A stretch of 63,067 bases of DNA, filler included, from Anaerolineae bacterium (GCA_029262755.1; 8 parts of 8 records of this genome joined end to end with filler, not necessarily neighbours in it); one strand, 5' to 3'; counted from the whole stretch's first letter, positions 11,417-21,832 are shown. Translations and numbers: made by a program. The notes: generated by a model from the letters alone, not told the origin.

Positions 11417-12814
11417 ATGAGCCTGACTGTGGTGGCCAACCGGCTACCTGTCGAACGTCTCGACGATGGCTGGGCGGTCTCGCCCGGCGGCCTCGTGACG
11501 GCCCTGCGTCCCGTGCTCCGCGAGAGCGAGGGAACCTGGATTGGGTGGTCCGGCGAAGCCGGTGACGCGCCCGAGCCCTTCTCCGCGGACGGTATTCGGA
11601 TGGTGGCCGTACCGTTGGACGAGACGGAGTTGGAGCACTACTACGAGGGCTTCAGCAACAGCACCCTTTGGCCGCTCTACCACGATCGCATCCGCCCGCC
11701 GGAGTTCCACAGACATTGGTGGCGTGCGTATTCGGCGGTCAACCGGCGCTTTGCGCAGGCCGCGGCACGCCATACGCCGCACGACGGCACGGTCTGGGTA
11801 CACGATTATCATCTCAGCCTCGTGCCCAACATGCTGCGCAGCCTTCGCCCGGACCTGCGGATCGGATTTTTTCTGCACATTCCCTTTCCGCCGCTTGAGC
11901 TCTTCGCCCAACTTCCGTGGCGCGAGGACATCATGGTCGGGATGCTCGGCGCCGATGCCATCGGCTTCCAGTCCGTCGGCGGCGCCCGGATCTTCCGGCG
12001 CACGGCACGTCACTTCCTGGACGTGAGCCTGCGCGGCAAGACGGTGCGCTACGGCGAGCGCTCCGTAAGGGTCGAGCCGCAACCCATCGCAATCGACACG
12101 GGAGCCTTCGTCGCCCAAGCGAGCACAGCGGAGGTCGATCGCCGCACCGCGGAGCTGCGCGCGGAGCTCGGCGACCGGAAGGTGCTCCTCGGGGTCGATC
12201 GCCTCGACTACACCAAGGGCATCCGCACACGCCTGCGTGCCTTCGAGACCTTGCTCGATCGCGAGCCGGAGTGGGCGCGCGACGCCGTGTTCGTGCAAAT
12301 CGCCGTGCCGAGCCGGGCGAACATCGGCCTCTACCGCGAAATGCGCGAAGCGATCGAATCGACGATCGGGCGCATCAACGGCCGCTACTCCAGCTCGACG
12401 CACGTGCCCGTCCACTACCACTACGCGTCCATGGAATTCACGGAGCTCCTCGCCCACTACCGCGCCGCGGACGTGATGGTTGTGACGCCGCCCCGCGACG
12501 GGATGAACCTGGTCGCCATGGAGTTCTGCGCATGCCGGCTGCAGGACGACGGCGTGCTCGTGCTTTCCGAACTCGCGGGCGCCGCGCACCAGCTGCGCCA
12601 GTCGCTGCTGGTCAACCCCTACGACCTCGATGGAATCGCCGACGCCTACGGCCGTGCGCTGCGCATGCCCCTTGACGAACAACGCCGGCGCATGCGGTCC
12701 ATGCGCGCCCGTTTGCGACGCCGCGACGTGCACGTTTGGGCCCGTGACGCCCTGGCGACTATCGGCGCAGGGACTGGCGCCCGGAGCCCCAATCCTGCCG
12801 ATGGAAGCCAATAG
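11417..12814 (+). CDS. otsA: Trehalose-6-phosphate synthase
   Basis: [49 protein letters not shown]. Confidence 0.95.
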   Translation: MSLTVVANRLPVERLDDGWAVSPGGLVTALRPVLRESEGTWIGWSGEAGDAPEPFSADGIRMVAVPLDETELEHYYEGFSNSTLWPLYHDRIRPPEFHRHWWRAYSAVNRRFAQAAARHTPHDGTVWVHDYHLSLVPNMLRSLRPDLRIGFFLHIPFPPLELFAQLPWREDIMVGMLGADAIGFQSVGGARIFRRTARHFLDVSLRGKTVRYGERSVRVEPQPIAIDTGAFVAQASTAEVDRRTAELRAELGDRKVLLGVDRLDYTKGIRTRLRAFETLLDREPEWARDAVFVQIAVPSRANIGLYREMREAIESTIGRINGRYSSSTHVPVHYHYASMEFTELLAHYRAADVMVVTPPRDGMNLVAMEFCACRLQDDGVLVLSELAGAAHQLRQSLLVNPYDLDGIADAYGRALRMPLDEQRRRMRSMRARLRRRDVHVWARDALATIGAGTGARSPNPADGSQ

Positions 12815-12841
12815 GCCGCAGACCCCTACCCGGAGACATCG

Positions 12842-13160
12842 ATGACCTCGGACCTGGACGGCGCGCTCGACCGGCTCGCCGCGACACCCGTGCTGCTCGT
12901 CGCCGTCGATTTCGACGGCACGCTGGCCCCCATCGTGGACGACCCCGATGCAGCCGCACCGCTACCGCGTGCCCGTCGCGCGCTGGCGGCCCTCGCACGG
13001 CAATCTCATACGCGTATCGCCGTCATCAGCGGCCGGGCGTTGGTCGACCTCGCCGAACGCCTCGGTCCGGTCGAGGACGGCACGCTCCTGGTCGGCGGTC
13101 ACGGCTCGGAGTTCGAGCCGGACCGCGAAGGCCGCCTGGACGAGACGCAGCGCACCTTGC
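12842..13160 (+). CDS. otsB: Trehalose-6-phosphate phosphatase, truncated
   Basis: HAD motif DFDGTLAP, ISGR, GGHGSE; directly follows otsA. Confidence 0.92.
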
Positions 13161-13260
13161 NNNNNNNNNNNNNNNNNNNNNNNNNNNNNNNNNNNNNNNN
13201 NNNNTTAATTAATTAANNNNNNNNNNNNNNNNNNNNNNNNNNNNNNNNNNNNNNNNNNNN
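13161..13260. other. Artificial contig spacer
   Basis: N44-TTAATTAATTAA-N44. Confidence 0.99.
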
Positions 13261-13369
13261 TTCAAATAAGTTCCGATATTCAAATAGATGATTTAATTTA
13301 AAACTAAAGATGGCCTGCAAATAATTGTAGGCCGCCTTAGCGGGCAGAGCTTCAGTCCTCTGTAAGTTG

Positions 13370-13427
13370 AAGGCGCAATTGGAATGTTCTCTTTATTGAG
13401 ACGTATTTCGATTGCGCTTTTTTTTTT
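13370..13427 (+). terminator. Probable intrinsic terminator upstream of the receiver gene
   Basis: Long imperfect stem AAGGCGCAATT...GATTGCGCTTT running into a 10-T tract. Confidence 0.6.
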
Positions 13428-13480
13428 GGTTTTGTTTCATGTACATGCTTTTGTAGTGAATAATCTGGATGTAAATACGA

Positions 13481-13867
13481 ATGGTGAATAACGGTAAGAT
13501 TCTGGTGATGGATGATGAAGAGGATATAAGATATATTTTCACAAAAATGCTGAATCGTATTTATTATGAGGCAGAGGTTGCTGGAGATGGCAACGAAGCA
13601 ATAAAGATATTCAAGGGAGCAAGAGACTCAAATGAACCTTTTGATGCTGTAATAATGGATTTAGAAGTGGCTGACGGTATGGGAGGAGAGGAGGCAATTA
13701 AAAGGCTGCTTGAAATTGATCCTGGAACGAAAATAATTTTGTCCAGCGGCAGTATCGATAATCAGATTATGAAGGATTTCAGGAAGTACGGTATAAGCGC
13801 TGTTCTTCGCAAGCCATTTAAAAACGATGATCTGAAAAAAGTATTAGGAAAAGTGATAAGTGAATAG
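13481..13867 (+). CDS. Single-domain response regulator (CheY-like receiver)
   Basis: ILVMDDE, VIMDL, SSG, KPF; 128 aa with no output domain. Confidence 0.92.
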   Translation: MVNNGKILVMDDEEDIRYIFTKMLNRIYYEAEVAGDGNEAIKIFKGARDSNEPFDAVIMDLEVADGMGGEEAIKRLLEIDPGTKIILSSGSIDNQIMKDFRKYGISAVLRKPFKNDDLKKVLGKVISE

Positions 13868-13949
13868 AAATGTTATGAAAACAATAATATGCTGAATCAA
13901 CAAACTTTAGCATTTATTTTTTTAAATTTAGTATTGAGGATTATTGAAA

Positions 13950-15932
13950 ATGTTCAAAAATATGACGATAGGAGTAAAAATGTCATTAGGGTTTGGCTTA
14001 ATGACGCTGATACTTACCGCGGCGGTGTTGACAACTATATGGCAGGTAGACAAGACGAATAAAATAACAAACCAGGTCATTGATCTAAGGGTGCCAACTG
14101 CCCAGACAAGTCTTTCAATGCAGAATGGGGTTAACCACTCTCTGGCCGCACTTCGGGGATGGATCATACTGGGTAAGGACAAGTTTAAAGACGAGCGGGC
14201 AAAGGCGTGGTCTAAAGAGTTGGATAGCTCATTGGTTGATATGAAGGCATATGCAACCAATTGGACCAACCCTAAGAACGTAGAAAGACTCAAGATTTTA
14301 GAGAAAAAACTGAAAGATTTTAAGGTATACCAGCAGGAGATCGAAAACATAGCCCAGACAGTGGACAACACACCGGCTATAAAGATACTATTTGAAGAGG
14401 CAGCGCCAAAGGCAAGCATAATGGTAACTAATATAACCAGGCTGATAGACCTGGAGGCAGATCAGGCAGCAACAGCAGAGAGAAAGGCATTGCTTGGTAT
14501 GATGGCGGATGTGCGGGGTACTACAGGTCTGGGGCTTGCAAACATACGCGCGTATCTGCTCTCCGGAGATGAAAAGTTCAAAACGAAGTTTGACAAATTA
14601 TGGGCTAAGAATGTAAAGAGGTTTAGTGATCTTTCAGACAATGCCGCACTTCTTACACCTGAGCAGGCTGAGGCATTTAGTGTATTCAGCAGTGCAAGAG
14701 AAGTATTCAGCCCACTGCCGTCAAAGATGTTCGAGATCAGAGGAGGTGACGCATGGAACCTGGCCAATCTATGGCTGGGAACTAAGGCCGCCCCTACAGC
14801 TGCTGCGATAATGGAACAGCTTGACGGTATGGTTGCAAATCAACAACAACTGATGGCAACTGATGTAGCAAAAGCGAAAAGTCTTACCGCCTCACTTATG
14901 AACCTGGAGTGGATACTGCTTGCAGGCGGTTTAACTTTTTCCATAATAATAACTGTCTTCCTGCCAAAGAATATTACTCGTCAGATTACCGAACCCATTA
15001 AAAAAGTGGTTAAGGAGTTGACATCCGCGTTTTCACAACTCGCAGATGCAGCTGGGCAGATATCGGGATCAAGTCAGAGCCTCGCGGAGGGTTCATCAGA
15101 GCAGGCATCTTCGTTGGAGGAGACATCGGCAACGATGGAAGAGATGGCATCAGTGACGGTACAGAATGCTAATAATGCCGGAGAGGCAGCTAAGCTTGTA
15201 CAGATGTGCAGTGCGTCCGCAGATAATGGCAACAAGGCTGTTGGAGAGATGAACACTTCAATGGATGAGATAAACATAAGCAGTAAGAAGATAGCAGAGA
15301 TTACGAAGGTAATAGATGGTATAGCGTTTCAGACAAATCTTCTGGCACTAAATGCTGCAGTAGAAGCGGCCCGGGCAGGTGAGCAGGGGAAAGGTTTCGC
15401 GGTAGTGGCAGAGGAAGTTCGTAATCTTGCACAGCGAAGCGCGGCTGCGGCAAAAGATACGACAGCACTGATAGATGATTGTGTCAACAAGACAGGTAAA
15501 GGAGCCGAACTTGCTGGTAAATGTAATGATTCGTTGCAGGAGATAGTTGTCAATGTCAAGAAAGCAGCAGACTTGACTCAGGAAATTACAAATGCTTCTA
15601 CGGAACAATCTGAGGGAATAAGCCAGGTAAATAACGCAGTACAACAGATGGATCAGATCACACAGCAGATTGCTGCTAACGCAGAGGAAACGGCATCAGC
15701 CAGCGAGGAAATGTCCGCACAGGCACACACTCTGAAGGAACAGGTCGATATATTGTCTAAACTGGTTGGCTATGATATTGAAGAAGATGAATTAAAAACC
15801 AGCCGGAATAAAGTCGCTCGGACAACGGTAAGAGTAGATGAAAACGGGGGTTCTACACAAAAACAGGTGAAGGACAATGATGACACTTTTGCACTGATTC
15901 CGTTAGGAGAAGAAAGATTTAAGGGCTTTTAA
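13950..15932 (+). CDS. Methyl-accepting chemotaxis protein
   Basis: Two TM segments; hairpin tip [35 protein letters not shown]-terminal RFKGF. Alternative TTG start at 13944. Confidence 0.97.
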   Translation: MFKNMTIGVKMSLGFGLMTLILTAAVLTTIWQVDKTNKITNQVIDLRVPTAQTSLSMQNGVNHSLAALRGWIILGKDKFKDERAKAWSKELDSSLVDMKAYATNWTNPKNVERLKILEKKLKDFKVYQQEIENIAQTVDNTPAIKILFEEAAPKASIMVTNITRLIDLEADQAATAERKALLGMMADVRGTTGLGLANIRAYLLSGDEKFKTKFDKLWAKNVKRFSDLSDNAALLTPEQAEAFSVFSSAREVFSPLPSKMFEIRGGDAWNLANLWLGTKAAPTAAAIMEQLDGMVANQQQLMATDVAKAKSLTASLMNLEWILLAGGLTFSIIITVFLPKNITRQITEPIKKVVKELTSAFSQLADAAGQISGSSQSLAEGSSEQASSLEETSATMEEMASVTVQNANNAGEAAKLVQMCSASADNGNKAVGEMNTSMDEINISSKKIAEITKVIDGIAFQTNLLALNAAVEAARAGEQGKGFAVVAEEVRNLAQRSAAAAKDTTALIDDCVNKTGKGAELAGKCNDSLQEIVVNVKKAADLTQEITNASTEQSEGISQVNNAVQQMDQITQQIAANAEETASASEEMSAQAHTLKEQVDILSKLVGYDIEEDELKTSRNKVARTTVRVDENGGSTQKQVKDNDDTFALIPLGEERFKGF

Positions 15933-16246
15933 CCATATAATTTTCAAAGCCCCTCTTTATTCCCATTCTTTTTCTCTCCTCTTCCTTAAAAGAAGGGGAA
16001 ATAAAGGGGGGAGGGCATTTGTTTAAAGGGTGAATAGCGCCGCTCATTACAGGATTAACCGTTGGTGTTGGTGGGCAATGCCTATCCTGAGTACTGTTAA
16101 GCGTTCACGGCTCGTAATCGGTAGCACTTGCTGGCTCCCCTCATCCTCCTCTCCCATTCCGGGGTGAGGGGAGTTAGTTGGGTTCAATTTCGTAATTAAA
16201 AACATTTATGCAATGGAAGATTTCAATAAAATAAAGGAGAAATGAA

Positions 16247-16732
16247 ATGGATGCAGTTGCAACAAAGAAAGAAGTAACTGAAGGGAAATTTTTAACGTTT
16301 GCCCTAAGCAATGAAGAATATGGTATTGAGATACTAAGGGCTAGAGAGATCATCGGTCTTATGGATATTACTACCGTACCTCAGACTCCGGATTATATGA
16401 AAGGAGTTATTAATCTGAGAGGAAAGGTCATACCCGTAATAGATCTGAGATTGAAATTTTCAATGTCGGAAGAGGTACACACAAAGGAAACATGTGTAAT
16501 TGTCGTAGAAGTAAACAACACGCAAATAGGGATCATAGTTGACAGCGTTTCTGAAGTGTTGGACATCAAGAGCGGAGAGATAGAAGAAGCTCCCAGTTTC
16601 GGGCAGGGGATAGATACAGACTTTATTATGGGCATGGGTAAGACTAAGGAACAGATAATAATTCTCCTTGACATCGAGGAGGTACTGTCACCAGAAGAGT
16701 TAGAGATGGTTAATCAACATGCCGCAGAATAA
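16247..16732 (+). CDS. cheW: Chemotaxis coupling protein CheW
   Basis: FLTFALSNEEYGIEI, GVINLRGKVIPVIDLR, GIIVDSVSEV; AAGGAG RBS. Confidence 0.97.
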   Translation: MDAVATKKEVTEGKFLTFALSNEEYGIEILRAREIIGLMDITTVPQTPDYMKGVINLRGKVIPVIDLRLKFSMSEEVHTKETCVIVVEVNNTQIGIIVDSVSEVLDIKSGEIEEAPSFGQGIDTDFIMGMGKTKEQIIILLDIEEVLSPEELEMVNQHAAE

Positions 16733-16793
16733 CCATAAGTTATAACGTAAAGTAATTTTATAAATTTCATTTTTAAGAAGGAGAAATAGGAAA

Positions 16794-17387
16794 ATGAAGA
16801 TAGGAATGGGTGCAAAGGTAATTACATTATTTTTAATAGCAGGTTTAGTCCCTCTTGCCGTAATGGGAATTCTTAGTCTCAATTCATCCAGTAAGGCATT
16901 AAAACAGCAGGCATTTAATCAATTGGTTTCCGTAAGGGAGACAAAAAAGAAACAGATAGAAGACTATTTTTCTACTATCAGAAAACAGGTACGCACACTT
17001 TCTGAAAACGGGATGGTAGTAGACGCAATGAAGGAATTCAAGACTGCCTTTAAAGATGTCAGAAAACAGAATGATATAACGGATTCCAAGCTGGAAGAAT
17101 ATCGTACAGCCTTAAAGACATATTATACGAGTGATTTCAGCAATGAATACAAGCAGCAAAACAATGGGCAAGGGTCTGATGCGGTCGGTTATTTTAATCA
17201 GCTTGATGATGATTCCCTGGCGTTACAATATTACTACATAAAGGCAAATTATAATCAATTAGGTGAAAAACATAAACTGGATGCTGCTGATGAAGAATCC
17301 ACCTACAGTAAGCTCCACGCCAAATACCATCCTCCTATCAGGGATTTCCTGGAACAGTTCGGATACTATGACATATTTCTTGTAGAC
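16794..17387 (+). CDS. Second chemoreceptor (MCP) N-terminal sensor region, truncated
   Basis: N-terminal TM, AFNQLVSVRETKKKQIEDYF, YSKLHAKYHP..FLEQFGYYDIFLVD (Cache-type sensor); follows cheW. Confidence 0.8.
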
Positions 17388-17487
17388 NNNNNNNNNNNNN
17401 NNNNNNNNNNNNNNNNNNNNNNNNNNNNNNNTTAATTAATTAANNNNNNNNNNNNNNNNNNNNNNNNNNNNNNNNNNNNNNNNNNNN
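17388..17487. other. Artificial contig spacer
   Basis: N44-TTAATTAATTAA-N44. Confidence 0.99.
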
Positions 17488-17566
17488 CAGGCCGCGGATT
17501 CGTGTTGTCCACGCCCTCAAGGTCAGATCAGGCCGCGGATTCGTGTTGTCCACGCCCTCAAGGTCA
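17488..17566. repeat. Perfect 38-bp direct repeat (period 41) at contig end
   Basis: CAGGCCGCGGATTCGTGTTGTCCACGCCCTCAAGGTCA at 17488-17525 and 17529-17566, separated by GAT. Confidence 0.95.
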
Positions 17567-19168
17567 CTAGGGCGCGCAGAAGTACTTGCCGCTTTCGTCC
17601 CAGCAGAAGCGGTCGCGGACGTTGCGGAAGTCGTCGAGGAGCTGCGCTTCATCGCCGTTTTGCAGGAAGATGTAGTTTCGGCCGTCGCCGCAGACCTTGC
17701 TGTTGAGCGGGTCTTCGTCGACGACTTCTTCGGCTCGCCGGCCGGCATAGAACGAGAACTCGGCATCCGGTTCGAGGATGAAGCCCGCGCTAAATCGGCA
17801 GGCCGTGACGGGCACTTTGCGCATCGGGAATATGGTCCAGCCGGACATGTCCTGCGGTCCGGTGCCGTAGTTCTTGACGTGGATTTCCTGCACCTGCGCG
17901 CGCTGCTGCGGGATCCAGACGATGTCCTTGATGCGCACGTCCGGCACCGGTTCCGGCGTCCACGTCGGCGTGACCGTGGGCAACGGCGTGTCGCTCGGCC
18001 GCGGCGTGTCGCTCGGGCGCGGCGTGTAGGTCGCGCTCGGCAGGGGCGTCGGCGACTTCGTGGGCGAAGGCACCGTCGGCGGGCTGAAAAGGCGGCCCAT
18101 GTCGTGGTCCTTGAGCGCCATCGGCACGAATTTGTGGCGGATGCGCGTCGGGCCGGGCGTCGGCACGAGCGTGGGCGGCGGCGGCGCCGTGAGGCGTGGT
18201 ATCGTCGGCGTCGCGGTCGGGACGGTCGGGATCGGCGTCGGCGGCGACGGGCAGGGGGCGGTCGTTCCGTCGAACAAGAAGTCGATGTGGATGTTATCCA
18301 GCATCACACCGAATCCGTCGGACGAAGTGGCCGGATCGTGACGGTAGGCCAGCGTGAGCATCAGTTCCTTGTAGCCCTCGCCACCCGGCTTGTTGACACC
18401 GTTGAACATCACCTGCACACCGCGTTCCCACTGGCCGCCCGTGTCGGCGGGGAAGCCGGGCGAAACGCCGGCCTCATAGAGCTCGTGGATCGTAATGCTG
18501 CCGTCCGAGCCGCGCGCGTCCAACGCGAAGTCCCCGATGCCCGCGAAGAAGCGGGCGCCGTCGGCCACCGGGACGTCGGCCATGAGGTCCATCGTGACAC
18601 GCATGCCGGTGATGCGGCTGCTGACGGTCGTATCGAACGAGATGAACTGGAGGCTGGTGTTGATCCGACAACCGCCCAGGGCGCGACAGTTATCGCCCAG
18701 GTCGGGCGGGTATTGCTTCGCCGAACACGAGAGCTGGGTGCCGGACGTGCCACCGCCGACCGACCACGCCGACGCGCCACCCGTCGAACCCTCGCAGCTG
18801 GCAAGGCCCCATTGGATTTCATCGTTGCGGCCGGGCGCAGAGGCCAGGGCGTCAAAGGTTCGCCAGTTGGGATACTTGCGGTTCGGGAAATCGGACGCAC
18901 TGCCTTCCCAACTCTCCGCCTGGATGATGCGGGTCACACCGGCTGGGCAGGTGGTACCCTCCTGGCTCGGCGCGAGGACGGCCACCGGTTCCAGACCGGT
19001 TGCGTCGAAGTCGGCCGGCACAATGATCGAGTCCGGCGGAAGAGAGGGACCCGTAACCGTCCGCAGGGTGTCTGGGCGTGAGGCGCCCTGCACCGAGACG
19101 ACCATGGCCGCCACCAAAAAGCCGAGGGCCAGGATGCTGCCTGTTTCAACTAATCGTCTCGTGTCCAT
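17567..19168 (-). CDS. Secreted protein with Cys-containing N-terminal domain, Pro/Thr linkers and C-terminal lamin-tail-like domain
   Basis: Signal-like N-terminus (ILALGFLVAAMVVSVQG); VQEIHVKNYGTGPQDMSGWTI and IFLQNGDEAQLLD resemble lamin tail domains; internal KFVPMALK motif. Confidence 0.75.
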   Translation of the reverse strand: MDTRRLVETGSILALGFLVAAMVVSVQGASRPDTLRTVTGPSLPPDSIIVPADFDATGLEPVAVLAPSQEGTTCPAGVTRIIQAESWEGSASDFPNRKYPNWRTFDALASAPGRNDEIQWGLASCEGSTGGASAWSVGGGTSGTQLSCSAKQYPPDLGDNCRALGGCRINTSLQFISFDTTVSSRITGMRVTMDLMADVPVADGARFFAGIGDFALDARGSDGSITIHELYEAGVSPGFPADTGGQWERGVQVMFNGVNKPGGEGYKELMLTLAYRHDPATSSDGFGVMLDNIHIDFLFDGTTAPCPSPPTPIPTVPTATPTIPRLTAPPPPTLVPTPGPTRIRHKFVPMALKDHDMGRLFSPPTVPSPTKSPTPLPSATYTPRPSDTPRPSDTPLPTVTPTWTPEPVPDVRIKDIVWIPQQRAQVQEIHVKNYGTGPQDMSGWTIFPMRKVPVTACRFSAGFILEPDAEFSFYAGRRAEEVVDEDPLNSKVCGDGRNYIFLQNGDEAQLLDDFRNVRDRFCWDESGKYFCAP

Positions 19169-19403
19169 CGGGCGTTCCCTCACGTCTAGGTTATTCGTAG
19201 TCTTGGGAGAGCATGCATACCACTGATTCGCGACGCTCGATTGTAGCGGCGGCCCCGCACCCGCGCCAGGGTTCGGGGACGCTCGTGCTGTCTCGCGACT
19301 CCGTGGCCCAGGCACGGTTGGTCGGCGGGGTCACGAAGCATGTGCGCCCGCCGTATACCTACCAGACAACCCGCAACCCCTTCAGGGGACGGAAGGCGAC
19401 GCC

Positions 19404-20228
19404 GTGAGCGCATCGCGCGCCGAGCGCGTCTATCTGGAGCTGGTTCGTCAGCATCAAGCCGCCATCCTCGGTTTCATATGGCGGCGTGTTGGTGACCATC
19501 CATTGGCCGAGGACCTCACCCAGGAGACATTCGTGAAGGCGTGGCGTGCCTTGGGGCGCCTCGAGCTGGCGGACGACGCGGCCGATCGCAGACGGGCGTG
19601 GCTCTATCGTATCGCCCGCAACACGGTGACCGATCATATGCGGCGGCGCGCACGCCTCCAATGGCTCTCGCTGGACGCGGTCCGCGAGCGGGGCGGGGGC
19701 GATCCCTCCGGCTCCGTTGCCCAACGCGAACCCGTGCAGCGCGCCCTGGCCGCGCTCGACCCGGACCAGCGCGAGGTCCTACTGCTCTTCGGCCATATCG
19801 GCATGTCGGCGGTGGAGGTGGGTGAGGTGCTGGGGATCAGCGAGGTTGCCGCCCGGAAGCGGCGGCAGCGTGCAAAGGCGGCCTTCGAAGCGCATTGGAA
19901 CGCCATCGAAGCGGCCGCGGACGTCGCGGATGCGGACGACACGGAGGAAGACGCCGAGGAAGGCCGAGCGGGCGTCGACGATCTCGCGCAGGACATGGAT
20001 GTTGCGCACGATATGACCTTCACGTCTCCGTTCGCGGTGTCCACCGACACCGACACGGACACGAGCGCGAGCGTTCGCGGCACGACGCGCGGGGGCGCCG
20101 ATTCCACGGGCGATCACGACCCAAGTGCTCACGGCAACCGCAACGGCACGCCACGCACGTCGCAGCCCGAACCCAGTCCTGCCGACCGGAGCGAGCGCTC
20201 CGACGCCCAGGACAAGAGCCGATCATGA
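19404..20228 (+). CDS. ECF sigma-70 factor with acidic/low-complexity C-terminal extension
   Basis: AEDLTQETFVKAWR, AWLYRIARNTVTDHMRR (region 2); LDPDQREVLLL..EVGEVLGIS (region 4). Confidence 0.92.
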   Translation: MSASRAERVYLELVRQHQAAILGFIWRRVGDHPLAEDLTQETFVKAWRALGRLELADDAADRRRAWLYRIARNTVTDHMRRRARLQWLSLDAVRERGGGDPSGSVAQREPVQRALAALDPDQREVLLLFGHIGMSAVEVGEVLGISEVAARKRRQRAKAAFEAHWNAIEAAADVADADDTEEDAEEGRAGVDDLAQDMDVAHDMTFTSPFAVSTDTDTDTSASVRGTTRGGADSTGDHDPSAHGNRNGTPRTSQPEPSPADRSERSDAQDKSRS

Positions 20229-21832
20229 GCATCGACGACCGCACGCCGCCGGTCCCGCCCGAGGAGGCCGGCAACTCGGTCCACGGGACAGGCGACGCGA
20301 CTCGCGACGCGGCGACCAAGAGGACCGGCACTGGGTCCGACATCGCGACCAGTGACGACGCTGTTGACGCCACGGACCGTCGGATCGCGGCGGCCTTTGC
20401 GGCCGAACGCATGCCGCGGCCGAGCGCGGACCTACAGCGCGCGCTACTCGAGGTGCCGCGCGGGCGCGAGTCCCGCCGCGCGCTCGCGCCGCTGGCCCTC
20501 GGCCTCGCGCTCTTGATGTGCATGTGCGGTTCGGTGGGCATGTGGTGGGACGTCGGCGGGCTTGGCACGCGCCTGGTTCGCGGTCCGGCCGGCACCGCGA
20601 CGGCGGTCGCGCTCGAAGGCGCCGAGAGCCCCAACGGCGACGATCCGGATGCGACGGACGAGGAGCGAGCAGCGGCCGGCGCGGATGCGACGAGCACGGC
20701 GCTGGCCGACCAATCGCCGGGTGACAGTGACGGCGACGATGACGGCGACGATGACGGCGACGACCGCGATGATGCGGGCGATGGCGCCGTCGCGCGCGCC
20801 GACGCTACCCGTACCGCAGCGGCGGCGCGCGGCGGTGCGCGCAACGCCACGCCGACCGGTCCACCGGGCGCGCGTCGCGGTTCCACCGCGATCGCGTTCG
20901 CGGCACCCGCTACGGCTACGCCCGCTGGATTGCGCAGCGCCGGCCCGCCTGCGCGCCGGCCCGGTGAACCGGCTGATCCGCCGGGCGGCGACGATCCACG
21001 CAACCCCCGCTTGCCGGCACTACCAGGCGACCCGAACCCACCCAACCCCCCCGGCGATCCGGACGATCCCAGCCGGCCGGGACGTGGCGGCGGAGCCCCG
21101 ACACCAGCGGAGACCGTGCCGCCAGGGCCCGGCGGAAGCGGCCCCGCGCCGGGCACACCCTTCCCGCCGGGCATCGAGCCTCCGCCGGACCCAACGGCCG
21201 ATCCCACGGGCGATCCGGGCGCGGACCTGCCCGAACCGACGCCGACCGGCAGCGGCCAACGCGTGCCCAGCACGCCGACCGTCGAGCCCACGCCGACACC
21301 CCCTGGACCAGGCGGCGCAATCGCGCCCACCCGCACGCCGACGATCATGGCCCGCTCCACGCCGCGGCTCCCAAGCGCGACACCGCCGATGGGAACGCCT
21401 CCGCCGGAGATGCCGCCGCCCGGCGTGCCTACAACGCCGACGATCATGCCCGTCGTGCCGGCCTCCGCAACGCCGACGGTTGCGGGTGATCTCGGGGCCA
21501 CGGCCACCGCCACCATCAGCGGCACGGCGACGATCACCGTGACCGCCACGATCACACCGACGGGCACGGCGACGGCAACGCCTGTCGCCGGATCGGACGC
21601 GGCGGGGAGCCGCGGCGCCCGCGAATACCAGCCGGAAGGACGCACCCTAGTCGCAGGGCAGCCCCAGCGCGATGCCGCGGTAGATGTCGTACAGGCCGAT
21701 CGCCCGGGGCGCGTAGCGGTAGCGCTCCGCCGCGCCCGCGATCGCGACGAGGAAGCCGCCGTCCACGTTCGCGCCCAGGCCGACCGCAAAGATGGTCGCG
21801 CCCGCGGCCCGCAGGCTTTCCGCGCCCTCTAG
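20225..21832 (+). CDS. Putative anti-sigma factor: single TM plus long Pro/Thr/Asp-rich extracytoplasmic tail
   Basis: ATGA-coupled to the ECF gene; PRPSADLQRALL then a TM (LAPLALGLALLMCMCGSVGMWW). The last ~60 codons overlap the convergent gene. Confidence 0.65.
   Translation: MSIDDRTPPVPPEEAGNSVHGTGDATRDAATKRTGTGSDIATSDDAVDATDRRIAAAFAAERMPRPSADLQRALLEVPRGRESRRALAPLALGLALLMCMCGSVGMWWDVGGLGTRLVRGPAGTATAVALEGAESPNGDDPDATDEERAAAGADATSTALADQSPGDSDGDDDGDDDGDDRDDAGDGAVARADATRTAAAARGGARNATPTGPPGARRGSTAIAFAAPATATPAGLRSAGPPARRPGEPADPPGGDDPRNPRLPALPGDPNPPNPPGDPDDPSRPGRGGGAPTPAETVPPGPGGSGPAPGTPFPPGIEPPPDPTADPTGDPGADLPEPTPTGSGQRVPSTPTVEPTPTPPGPGGAIAPTRTPTIMARSTPRLPSATPPMGTPPPEMPPPGVPTTPTIMPVVPASATPTVAGDLGATATATISGTATITVTATITPTGTATATPVAGSDAAGSRGAREYQPEGRTLVAGQPQRDAAVDVVQADRPGRVAVALRRARDRDEEAAVHVRAQADRKDGRARGPQAFRAL

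Noticed and set aside
13261..17387. Horizontally acquired chemotaxis island
   Set aside because: The composition shift coincides exactly with contig boundaries and there are no integrase, tRNA or att features. A separate organism is the simpler explanation.
17488..17566. Possible CRISPR array
   Set aside because: Only two copies separated by 3 nt, with no spacers and no cas genes.
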